The notes under the pieces were generated by a model, which was not told where the DNA came from, searched no databases, and was given only the letters and a program-made list of their open reading frames with translations. Below are positions 9,899 to 17,860 of a DNA stretch of 32,454 bases, in pieces; position 1 is the first letter of the stretch, and each line of letters opens with the position of its first letter. Origin of the DNA: Gemmatimonadota bacterium (GTDB lineage: Bacteria; Gemmatimonadota; Gemmatimonadetes; Gemmatimonadales; GWC2-71-9); the NCBI GenBank assembly GCA_004357415.1, contig SMVY01000049.1:1-32454 (forward strand), in the 5' to 3' direction. Made by a program: the position numbers and the translations under genes.

Positions 9899-10843
9899 GT
9901 GTCCAGTAAGATTCCTGTTCAGCTCACGACCTGCCAACGGCGAAACCGGCCGCTCGGCCTGCGGCGCCGCGCCGCGGCTACCGGTGGCGCACTACTCGCA
10001 CTCGCGAGTTGGGCGCTGCCCGTTGCCGGGCAGCAACCCGGGGTTCCCTGGGTCACGCTACTCCCGCCCACGGTTCGGGCCGCCGGACTGGCCGGGGCAT
10101 CCACGGCGCTGGTGGGTGACGCCGGCACGGTGTTCGTGAATGCCGCCGGCTTGGCCATCGTGCGGCGGGCAGGTTTCGAGGGCATGGCCGGACGAATCCC
10201 GGATCCGGCCGCTGCAACGAGTCTGGCTGGAGCTGTGCGGGTCGGCCAGTTTCACTTGGCTGCGGGGTATCAGCATCTGAGCCTGGCCCAGGGCTCGCCC
10301 CAGGAGGAGAACAAGCTGCTGATTGGGAGCGTAGTTTATCGGTTCGGGCTCTTCGCCTTCGCCGGAGCCGTCAAGCAAGTCACGGTGCGCGACTCGTCGG
10401 CGGTCACATCCAGCGCAACCACCGGTGATGCCTCTGTCATCATCGCCATCTTCGATATCTTCGCTCTGTCGCTGAGCGTGCAAAACATCGGACAACCAGA
10501 ATTGACCCCGGGGATGGTGCTCCCGGCCACCACCCGGTTTGGATCGTCGCTCAATCTGGTCGATCCCCAAGGCACCACCAGGCTGCTTGGTACCATCGAA
10601 GTCGTATGGACCGAGGGATTCGACAGCCGCACCATCATCGCCGGCGAGGCCGGCCTGGTCTTCAACGGCATCGGGGTCGAAGCGCGACTCGGCTACGGAG
10701 GCCGGGGTCCCCTTACCGGCCAGAGTAACTGGTCGGTTGGAGGCACCGTGGTGCTCGGCCCGGTCGACATCGACTACGCCTACCAGGAGGAGTCGGTCTT
10801 CGGCGGTGGGGCCCATCGGCTGGGCATTCGTCTGACTCTGTGA
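9899..10843 (+). CDS. Putative outer-membrane beta-barrel protein (FadL/PorV-like N-terminal motif)
   Basis: Signal peptide RRRAAATGGALLALASWALPVAG, then the motif VRAAGLAGASTALVGDAGTVFVNAAGLA. That motif resembles the conserved N-terminal segment of FadL/PorV-type barrels. The remainder shows an alternating beta-strand-like pattern. GTG start. Confidence 0.5.
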   Translation: MSSKIPVQLTTCQRRNRPLGLRRRAAATGGALLALASWALPVAGQQPGVPWVTLLPPTVRAAGLAGASTALVGDAGTVFVNAAGLAIVRRAGFEGMAGRIPDPAAATSLAGAVRVGQFHLAAGYQHLSLAQGSPQEENKLLIGSVVYRFGLFAFAGAVKQVTVRDSSAVTSSATTGDASVIIAIFDIFALSLSVQNIGQPELTPGMVLPATTRFGSSLNLVDPQGTTRLLGTIEVVWTEGFDSRTIIAGEAGLVFNGIGVEARLGYGGRGPLTGQSNWSVGGTVVLGPVDIDYAYQEESVFGGGAHRLGIRLTL

Positions 10844-11928
10844 TGCGGAGGTTCATCATGCTGCTCGCCATTCTCGTGGGCGTGCTGTTCCTGGGCTATG
10901 GTACCGCCTACATCGCCAGCGATGAGGTGCGTTACCTGACGCGTGCCGGATTCGAGGAAACCCGTATCCTCCGGGCGCGCACGCCGATCGCCACCGTGGT
11001 GGCCGACCCGGACACCGACCCCGCGGTGCGCGACCTGCTGACGCTGGTTGTGGAGGTCAGGGACTACGCCGAAGCGCTCGGGCTCGATGCCAAGGAGACG
11101 TACACCACCTACGTGGACGTGGAGCGAGATACTCTCCTCCTGGTCATTTCGGCCGCACCCAAGGATTGCCTCTGTCCCTACACGTGGAAGTACCCCATCG
11201 TGGGCCGCGTTCCCTACAAGGGGTTCTTCGATTTCGAGATGGCCCACCGGGCGGCGGCCGATCTGCACCAACGGGGGTTCGACAGCTACCTGCGTCCCTC
11301 GGCCGCCTTCTCAACCCTGGGATGGTTCAACGATCCCTTGCTCTCGACCGCGCTGACTCGCGATTCGGTCGAGCTCGCGGCGCTGGTGTTCCACGAGATA
11401 ACCCACAACACGCTCTTCGTCAGTAGCGCGGTACCCTTCAACGAGGGTCTGGCTCAGATGGTGGGGTACCTGTCTGCCGCCGAGTTCTTCGAAGGGGAGG
11501 GAGACAGTCTGCTGGCGGCGAGGGCTCGGGCCCGGTGGACGGATGAGGTGGCGCTGGGATCCTACTACGACCGGCTCACCCAGAAGCTCGACAGCCTGTA
11601 TCACCGGGAGCCGCCTCCCGATTCCCTCGAATTGGAGGTTGGCCGGGAGACCGTAGGAGCCTGGGCGGGAGAGTTCCTGGCGGACTCGGTCGGCCCGCAG
11701 TTGCTCACCTTCCGGGTCGAGGACCGCCAGCCCCGCCAGATCAACAACGCCCGGATCGTGTCCCGCCGGATCTACCGCACCAAGCTGTATCTGTTCGAGG
11801 ATTGGTATCAGGCTCACGACAGCAGCGTGAGCCTGGCGGTGGCCGCGATCACCGAGTTGCTGGACGGAGTGCCGGGCGACAGCGCTTACGTGGTACTCGA
11901 GCGCCGCCTGGAAGGGGACAGGGACTAG
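10843..11928 (+). CDS. Predicted zinc aminopeptidase (DUF2265-like) with an N-terminal membrane anchor
   Basis: HEITHN (HExxH) in the context LAALVFHEITHNTLF, with an N-terminal TM segment MRRFIMLLAILVGVLFLGYG. The ATG at 10843 overlaps the upstream stop by 1 nt (TGATG); a GTG at 10840 is an alternative start. Confidence 0.7.
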   Translation: MRRFIMLLAILVGVLFLGYGTAYIASDEVRYLTRAGFEETRILRARTPIATVVADPDTDPAVRDLLTLVVEVRDYAEALGLDAKETYTTYVDVERDTLLLVISAAPKDCLCPYTWKYPIVGRVPYKGFFDFEMAHRAAADLHQRGFDSYLRPSAAFSTLGWFNDPLLSTALTRDSVELAALVFHEITHNTLFVSSAVPFNEGLAQMVGYLSAAEFFEGEGDSLLAARARARWTDEVALGSYYDRLTQKLDSLYHREPPPDSLELEVGRETVGAWAGEFLADSVGPQLLTFRVEDRQPRQINNARIVSRRIYRTKLYLFEDWYQAHDSSVSLAVAAITELLDGVPGDSAYVVLERRLEGDRD

Positions 11929-12017
11929 CCGTTTAGCAGGGTCTCGTTGGCCGCGTTGACGACGGCATCGACGGTTTCGGCCCTGATGTCGCCACGGACC
12001 GCATCGACCAGCGTCAT
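11925..12017 (-). pseudogene. 30-codon remnant of a macrodomain (ADP-ribose-binding / O-acetyl-ADP-ribose deacetylase family) N-terminus
   Basis: It encodes MTLVDAVRGDIRAETVDAVVNAANETLLNG then stop. This matches the macrodomain start (compare E. coli YmdB ...[33 protein letters not shown]) but ends just before the Gly-rich catalytic loop. Its ATG overlaps the TPR gene stop (ATGA). Its stop lies inside the stop region of the convergent aminopeptidase gene. Confidence 0.55.
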
Positions 12018-13138
12018 GCTCCGGCGGCGGCCTCCGACGGCCACAAGCGTCGGTCCTGCAGCACGCTGTTGGGGTGCTGTACCACTTCGGAGGCCGTGGC
12101 CAGGTCCAACATGACCCCGTCCTGCCCGGCGAGGACGCCGAAGATGTCGGCCGGCTCCTGATCGGTCGGTTGGTGCAGCACGAACACCAGGCCGGCCTGT
12201 GCCCGCCGGACGAAGGCAACTGCATCGTCCCACACCGGCTCCCCGGTTTGGGGTTGGCGTGCGACGACCAGCGGTACGGCGGCGTCCTCGAAGTGAGCGT
12301 CGGCCGCGGTCTCGAGGCCGAGTTCGTCGGCCAGGATCGACCAGCCGGGCCAGGCGTCCACTTGGTATATGGTGGTGAAGCGCCACTCCTGCTCGCTGGC
12401 GAACTGGGCCAAACCCCGGACCAGGTCTTCGTCGCTCGGCGCGCGGAGGTCGGCGTGATAGGTGAGCGGGACGGCGCCGGTCTCGGCGAACCAGTGGCGC
12501 GATTCATGGAGGTCGATGGGCTTGGTCGGGCCGAACAGGGCGTATCGGCGGGTGACCGCCACTTGGCGGATCGCTTCGGCCAGTTGTTCGTCGAATTCGG
12601 CGGCTTCGGCTGCCCCCTGGAATGCGACTTCCGCCGCCAGATACCGTCCCGCGGTGCGGAGGATCTTCCCCCTCAGGTGTAGCGTGCCGCTGTGGGGCTC
12701 GAGGGCAAAGGCCCGATCGAGAGCCAGCAGGGCCCGGCCGTACTCGCCCAGTCGATAGGCGGCGTACCCCGCTTCGTGCCACACGAGCGCCAGGCCGGGG
12801 TCGAGCGAGGCCGCGTGTTCCAGGGCCACGAGCGCCTCGCGATATCGGCCGAGCTCCACCAGTGCCGCTCCCTTGATGGTGGCCGGGAACGCATCGTCAC
12901 CGAAGTGATCCGCCGCCTGCGCCGACAAGGCAAGGGCTTCCTCGAAGCGCCGGGCGTTGCGCAGCATGGTGAAGTATTCACCCCAGGCGAGTTTCACGTC
13001 CGGTTGGGTGTCGAGCAGTTCGAGGTACGCGTCCTCTGCCGCCTCGAGGTGGCCGTCATGCATGAGGCGACGCGCCGTGGCAAGTGCCCGTTCATCGGGC
13101 TCCGTGGCGAAAACGCGAAACTGCGAGGTGGTGAACAT
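12014..13138 (-). CDS. TPR-repeat protein with an uncharacterised C-terminal domain
   Basis: The N-terminal half carries several TPR-like units (AEDAYLELLDTQPD, EEALALSAQA, YREALVALEHAASLDP, YGRALLALDRAFALEP). I do not recognise the roughly 180-aa C-terminal half. Confidence 0.75.
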   Translation of the reverse strand: MFTTSQFRVFATEPDERALATARRLMHDGHLEAAEDAYLELLDTQPDVKLAWGEYFTMLRNARRFEEALALSAQAADHFGDDAFPATIKGAALVELGRYREALVALEHAASLDPGLALVWHEAGYAAYRLGEYGRALLALDRAFALEPHSGTLHLRGKILRTAGRYLAAEVAFQGAAEAAEFDEQLAEAIRQVAVTRRYALFGPTKPIDLHESRHWFAETGAVPLTYHADLRAPSDEDLVRGLAQFASEQEWRFTTIYQVDAWPGWSILADELGLETAADAHFEDAAVPLVVARQPQTGEPVWDDAVAFVRRAQAGLVFVLHQPTDQEPADIFGVLAGQDGVMLDLATASEVVQHPNSVLQDRRLWPSEAAAGA

Positions 13139-13236
13139 TGGGCGAATGTATCGCTGGGACGCGCGAGCGCTAGAGGGCTGTTGTACCGGGTGAATCGGTC
13201 TCGCGCCGCACCCGAAATTGTGTACCTTCCCCCTGT

Positions 13237-14640
13237 TTGGCGTCGATCAATGTCTCCTACCGTGAGTGTCTCGTGGATGGTGAATTCGTTTCGCGCGAAC
13301 GTGACCGGATGCTTGCCGAACTCGGTGAATTTCTGGCCATTCCCAGCATCAGCACGCTGAGCGACCACGCCGCCGATTGCCAGCGGGCGGCAGATTGGGT
13401 GTCCGATGAGCTGCGACGTCTGGGTTTTCCAGTAGTCGAGCAACTCGATCGCGGCGGCCACCCCATCGTGTGGGCCGAGAGTCCGCCCGTCCCGGGGAAG
13501 CCTACGGTGTTGATCTACGGCCACTACGACGTGCAGCCGCCGGATCCGCTGGACGAATGGAAGAGCCCGCCGTTCGAAGCCACCGTGCGTGACGGCAAAC
13601 TGTTCGCTCGCGGTGCGGTCGACGACAAAGGGCAGGTGTACTGCCTGCTCAAGGCCTACGAAGCCGTGCGTGACGGTGACGGCCTCCCCCCGCTCAACAT
13701 CCGGTTCATCATCGAGGGCGAGGAAGAATTCGGCGGGCACTCCATCGAGCGCCTGCTGCAGGAGGAACCCGAGCGCACCGAAGCGGACGCCATCCTGGTG
13801 TGCGACACCTCGTACTACGCGCCGGGGATTCCAGCCGTATACACCGCGCTGCGGGGAATCTGCTACACCGAAATCGAGGTACGCACGGCGCAACGGGACC
13901 TGCACTCGGGCAACTACGGCGGCGCCGCGCCCAACGCCATGGAGACGCTGTGCCGTATCCTGGGAGACCTCAAGGGACGGGACGGCCGCATCAACATCCC
14001 CGGCCTGTATGAGGCCGTCGAACCGCCGACGGAGGCCGAGTTCGCGTCGTGGCAGGAACTACCGTTCGACATGGACGACTTTCTCACCGAGGAAATCACC
14101 GCCCGGTCGTTGGCCGGCCAGGAGGATCGATCGGTGTTCGAACGGTTGTGGGCTCTGCCAACGTTCGAGATCCACGGCATCATGGGGGGCTTCACCGGCG
14201 AGGGTGCCAAGACCGTCATCCCGGCTCGCGCAACCGCCAAGGTCAGCCTCCGCCTGGTCCCCAACCAGCGGTGGAAGACGGCACTGGGACAGCTCGAGGA
14301 GGCGGTTCGTGCCGTGGCGCCCGACTACGCGGACATCGAGGTGCGTCCCATCCACGGGGCCGATCCGGTCCAGGTGGACGTTACCCAGCCGGCTTTTGCC
14401 GTCCTGGACCAGGCGTTTACCGAAGTGGTGGGCCGGGGGCCGGTCGCGATCCGGTCGGGCGGGTCGATCCCGGTGGTGGCCAGCCTGGGGCTCAGGGGGG
14501 CGCCCGTCCTGCTCACCGGCGTGGGGTTACCCGACGACGGGCTGCACTCGCCCAACGAAAAACTCGACCTGCAACAATTGTGGGATGGGGTGGCGATCTT
14601 CGGACGGTTCTTCGAGCTGTTCGCCGACCAGCCGGTTTAG
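13237..14640 (+). CDS. M20 family dipeptidase (ArgE/DapE/ACY1/CPG2 superfamily)
   Basis: LGEFLAIPSIS, IYGHYDVQPPDPLDEW.SPPF, ARGAVDDKGQ and IEGEEEFGG. The TTG at 13237 is the ORF-track start; a GTG at 13273 is a plausible true start. Confidence 0.9.
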   Translation: MASINVSYRECLVDGEFVSRERDRMLAELGEFLAIPSISTLSDHAADCQRAADWVSDELRRLGFPVVEQLDRGGHPIVWAESPPVPGKPTVLIYGHYDVQPPDPLDEWKSPPFEATVRDGKLFARGAVDDKGQVYCLLKAYEAVRDGDGLPPLNIRFIIEGEEEFGGHSIERLLQEEPERTEADAILVCDTSYYAPGIPAVYTALRGICYTEIEVRTAQRDLHSGNYGGAAPNAMETLCRILGDLKGRDGRINIPGLYEAVEPPTEAEFASWQELPFDMDDFLTEEITARSLAGQEDRSVFERLWALPTFEIHGIMGGFTGEGAKTVIPARATAKVSLRLVPNQRWKTALGQLEEAVRAVAPDYADIEVRPIHGADPVQVDVTQPAFAVLDQAFTEVVGRGPVAIRSGGSIPVVASLGLRGAPVLLTGVGLPDDGLHSPNEKLDLQQLWDGVAIFGRFFELFADQPV

Positions 14641-15179
14641 GACTCTTCCGGCACCTGATTGGCGCTGGGTGGGGTGGCATACCGGGCCTGGAGTTCGTCC
14701 ACGCCGATGACGGCCCGGACCGACACGATGATTCCGGCCACGACGTCGTCGGCCCAATAGGGATCGGGTCGCTCACCGTCGGGGAGCTGGGACGCGCGAC
14801 CGTCGAGAAACTGGATGGCCGTGGTGATCCACTCTGCTTGGGCCGTCGGTACTATGGCCCAACTGCCGGTGGCACGAAGCTCGAGGTCAGCCAACTGCTG
14901 CAAGTCCTGTTCGATTCCATCGGTGATCGGCTTACTGCGAAGCCCGTCGGCCAGCATCTCCAGCATTTCGCCGCGTTCGGATTCCTGCGGTTCGGGGAGG
15001 GGTGTGAGGTAGTGCCGCTGGTCGGCGACCATTTCCGCCAGGCGGATGCACACCGCGCGGATAGCCGGGGTGAGTTCCGCCGGCGCCTCCTTGGCCCAAC
15101 TCGCGGCGGCACGGAGAATCTCTTCGGCGCATTCCTGAGCCTGCGCTTTGGCTGGTTTCCCGGAGGGCGTGATCGACAT
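14637..15179 (-). CDS. Hypothetical acidic, probably helical protein; last gene of the lipoyl/PDH block
   Basis: Part of ORF 14637..15215 (TTG start); the internal ATG at 15179 gives MSITPSGKPAKAQAQE.... The amino-acid composition looks protein-like. It is co-directional and 11-47 nt downstream of lipB. Its 3' end overlaps the convergent M20 gene by 4 nt. No domain recognised. Confidence 0.45.
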   Translation of the reverse strand: MSITPSGKPAKAQAQECAEEILRAAASWAKEAPAELTPAIRAVCIRLAEMVADQRHYLTPLPEPQESERGEMLEMLADGLRSKPITDGIEQDLQQLADLELRATGSWAIVPTAQAEWITTAIQFLDGRASQLPDGERPDPYWADDVVAGIIVSVRAVIGVDELQARYATPPSANQVPEES

Positions 15180-15226
15180 ACCCGGAACGATCATACGATT
15201 GATCGTCAAAGGCAACCGCGCGGCGG

Positions 15227-15931
15227 CTACACCCGTGTGAACCCGAACTGCGGCAACGTTTCCAGCGGAACGAGTGTGGCATCCCGGTCAAAGGTACGGC
15301 CCATGGCGTCGACGACGGCCGTCACGGCCTCGGACCACAGCGTCGGGCGGGCGTGGTCGCTTCCCAGTTCGTGCGCGATACTGGTCATCACCACGCCGTC
15401 GATGCCGCACGGGACGATGCTCTCGAATCGCGACAGGTCGGTCGTCACGTTCAGGGCAAATCCATGGAACGTGACCCACTGTTTCACGTGGATGCCGATG
15501 CTGGCAATTTTTCTCCCCTGCGTCCAGACCCCGGTCGAACCTGCCACACGCTCCCCGGGTACATCGAACACCGCCAGCACGTCGATCAGGACCGCCTCCA
15601 ATTGCCGCAGGTACCAGTGGAGATCCTCCCGGTGTTGGCGCAGGTCCAGGACGGGGTAGCCCACCAGTTGACCGGGTCCGTGGTAGGTCACGTCCCCGCC
15701 ACGCTCGATCTCGTGGACCTGGTAGCCGAGTCGGCGCAGGGCGGACGAGTCGTGGGGGAGACTAGACGGCTTCGTCCCCCGGCCGAGGGTGATTACATCC
15801 GGGTGTTCCACCAGGAGCAGGACGTCGCTGTCGGCCTCTCCGTGTAGCCGTGCCTGACACAGGTCGCGCTGGAGCGCCAGGACGGCGCCGTAATCGCGGC
15901 ACCCCAAATTCACGGTCAGCAACGAGGTCAT
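15227..15931 (-). CDS. lipB: Octanoyltransferase (lipoyl(octanoyl) transferase)
   Basis: LLLVEHPDVITLGRG, RGGDVTYHGPGQLVGYP, IGIHVKQWVTFHGFALNV and PCG. The start is reset to the ATG at 15931 (MTSLLTVNLG), which overlaps the upstream stop by 1 nt (TGATG). Confidence 0.9.
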   Translation of the reverse strand: MTSLLTVNLGCRDYGAVLALQRDLCQARLHGEADSDVLLLVEHPDVITLGRGTKPSSLPHDSSALRRLGYQVHEIERGGDVTYHGPGQLVGYPVLDLRQHREDLHWYLRQLEAVLIDVLAVFDVPGERVAGSTGVWTQGRKIASIGIHVKQWVTFHGFALNVTTDLSRFESIVPCGIDGVVMTSIAHELGSDHARPTLWSEAVTAVVDAMGRTFDRDATLVPLETLPQFGFTRV

Positions 15932-16377
15932 CAATCGTTGCGAACGGCGCTCAGCCGCCGGCTCAGCAGCAGGGCGACCACCCCGCACAGCGCCACTATG
16001 CCCACCAGCCCGGTTCGCCCGGCCAGTTGGTTGACGGGCATGGTCACCAGCATGCCTGCCGCGGTGGCGAACGCGCTGACGAACGACAATCCGCCCCGCC
16101 GGTACGTCGAGCGTACCGGGGACAGCAGCGTCCAGGTAATGAGTCCGGCCACCAAGACGCCGAGCATCGTGCCGCCGACGAGGACGTAGAATGGCGCCCC
16201 ATCGATGACGGGCCTGTCGCTCGGCGGCATGTCGGCCAGCAACGTGCTCACGACCCACAGCGCCGCGGTGACGAGTCCGATCCCGATGGTGACCGAAATG
16301 GCCATGGCCAGAAAGGCCAAACCCACGCGGTCCTCGTCTTCGATGGAGATGGGTGGTGGGCGCGGGGGATCGGTCAC
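15931..16377 (-). CDS. Hypothetical integral membrane protein (about 4 TM helices) between lpd and lipB
   Basis: Hydrophobic segments: GLAFLAMAISVTIGIGLVTAALWVVSTLLA, FYVLVGGTMLGVLVAGLITWTLL, LSFVSAFATAAGMLVTMPV and LVGIVALCGVVALLLS. The GTG start overlaps the lpd stop (GTGA) and the stop overlaps the lipB start. Confidence 0.6.
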   Translation of the reverse strand: MTDPPRPPPISIEDEDRVGLAFLAMAISVTIGIGLVTAALWVVSTLLADMPPSDRPVIDGAPFYVLVGGTMLGVLVAGLITWTLLSPVRSTYRRGGLSFVSAFATAAGMLVTMPVNQLAGRTGLVGIVALCGVVALLLSRRLSAVRND

Positions 16378-17771
16378 GTATGAATGACTCGGCCCATCGA
16401 ATCGAGGACCGCCTCGGCCACGGCCTCCGACAGGGTCGGATGCGCGTGTACCGCCAGGTCGATTTCCGCGACGGTGAACTCGTTTTGGCGCGCGACGGCC
16501 AGTTCGTGGATCATTTCCGAGGCATCGGCGCCCACGATATGAGCTCCCAGGATTTCGCCGTAGGCTTTGTCACGAATGATCTTGACGAAGCCGTCCGTGG
16601 CGTTGCTCGCCCGGGCGCGCCCGTTGGCGCTGAACGGGAACTTGCCCACCAAGTAGTCGAGACCCTGCTCACGGCACTCGTCTTCGGTGAGGCCGATGCT
16701 GGCTACTTCAGGGTGGCAATAGGTCACCCGGGGGATGTTGTCGTACCAAATGGGGTGTGGGGTCTGCCCGGCCAGTCGCTCCGCCACGACGGTGCCTTCA
16801 CGGCTGCCCTTGTGCGCCAGCATAGGTGCGCCGGCCACGTCACCAATGGCGTAGTAGCCTTCGACGCCGGTCTGCAGGCTGGCCCGGTCGACCTTGATGA
16901 AGCCGCGCTCATCCAGTTCGATGCCCACCGCCTCCAGGCCGATCGATTCGGTGTTGACGGCACGTCCGGCGGCCACCAGCACCACCGCCACCTCGACCGT
17001 GTGGTTCTTTCCGCCGGCGTCCACCGCCAGCGTAGCCCCCGCGTCGGTGACCGTGGTGCTCTTGACCATGGCCCCGGCCATGGTGGTGATCTTCCGCTTC
17101 TTGAAACTCTTGGCGACGGTCTCCGACGACTCGGCGTCCTCCAGCGGAAGGATGCGCGGCAGGGCTTCGATCAGCGTGATCTTCGATCCGAAGGCGTTGA
17201 AGATGTCGACGAACTCGCAGCCTACCGCTCCGGCGCCAACCACTGCCATTGTCTCGGGGGCCTGCTCGAGAAACAGCGCGTCGTCGGAGCTGATGATGGT
17301 CTTGCCGTCCAGGTCCAGGCCCGCCGGAGGGATGCCCATCACCCGTGATCCTGTGGCGATCACCACACCCTTGGTGGCGGTGTAAACGTCAGACCCTACG
17401 GCGACCTTCTTGCCCGGTTGCAGCGTTCCGGCGCCGTTGATCACGGTGATCCCGTTCTTCTTCATGAGGAACCCGACGCCCTTGGAGTTCTGCTCCGATA
17501 CCCGGCGGGACCGCTTCATGGCGACGCCGTAATCGGTAGACACCTCACTCACGCTGATGCCCAGGCCCTTGGCTTCGTGGGCGATGGTATTGGCCACCAG
17601 GGCGCTGTACAACAGCGCCTTGGTCGGGATACAGCCGATGTTGACGCAGACCCCGCCGAGTTTGTCCTTTTCCACCACCGCCGTCGCCAGTCCCAACTGG
17701 GCGGCCCGAATGGCGCACACATACCCTGCCGGCCCACCGCCAAGAACGATCACATCAAAACTTTTGGACAC
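16374..17771 (-). CDS. lpdA: Dihydrolipoyl dehydrogenase (E3)
   Basis: FDVIVLGGGPAGY, the redox disulfide CVNIGCIPTKALL and HAHPTLSEA. The start is reset to the GTG at 17771 (preceded by GGGAG 6 nt upstream), giving (M)SKSFDVIVLGGG. Confidence 0.93.
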   Translation of the reverse strand: MSKSFDVIVLGGGPAGYVCAIRAAQLGLATAVVEKDKLGGVCVNIGCIPTKALLYSALVANTIAHEAKGLGISVSEVSTDYGVAMKRSRRVSEQNSKGVGFLMKKNGITVINGAGTLQPGKKVAVGSDVYTATKGVVIATGSRVMGIPPAGLDLDGKTIISSDDALFLEQAPETMAVVGAGAVGCEFVDIFNAFGSKITLIEALPRILPLEDAESSETVAKSFKKRKITTMAGAMVKSTTVTDAGATLAVDAGGKNHTVEVAVVLVAAGRAVNTESIGLEAVGIELDERGFIKVDRASLQTGVEGYYAIGDVAGAPMLAHKGSREGTVVAERLAGQTPHPIWYDNIPRVTYCHPEVASIGLTEDECREQGLDYLVGKFPFSANGRARASNATDGFVKIIRDKAYGEILGAHIVGADASEMIHELAVARQNEFTVAEIDLAVHAHPTLSEAVAEAVLDSMGRVIHT

Positions 17772-17811
17772 AACAACTCCCGTCACGGGCTTCTGGTTGG
17801 TAGATCTAGTT

Positions 17812-17860
17812 CCCCACGCCCTGCGCCCCACGCCCTACGCACCACCCACAACCCACTCCC
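17812..17860 (-). repeat. G-tract cluster (G-quadruplex motif) on the sense strand of the pdhC-lpd spacer, including a 14-nt tandem duplication
   Basis: Plus-strand C-tracts lie at 17812-15, 17819-21, 17826-29, 17833-35, 17845-47, 17852-54 and 17858-60. The minus strand reads GGGAGTGGGTTGTGGGTGGTGCGTAGGGCGTGGGGCGCAGGGCGTGGGG. The unit CCCCACGCCCT(G/A)CG is repeated in tandem at 17812-17825 and 17826-17839. Confidence 0.7.
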
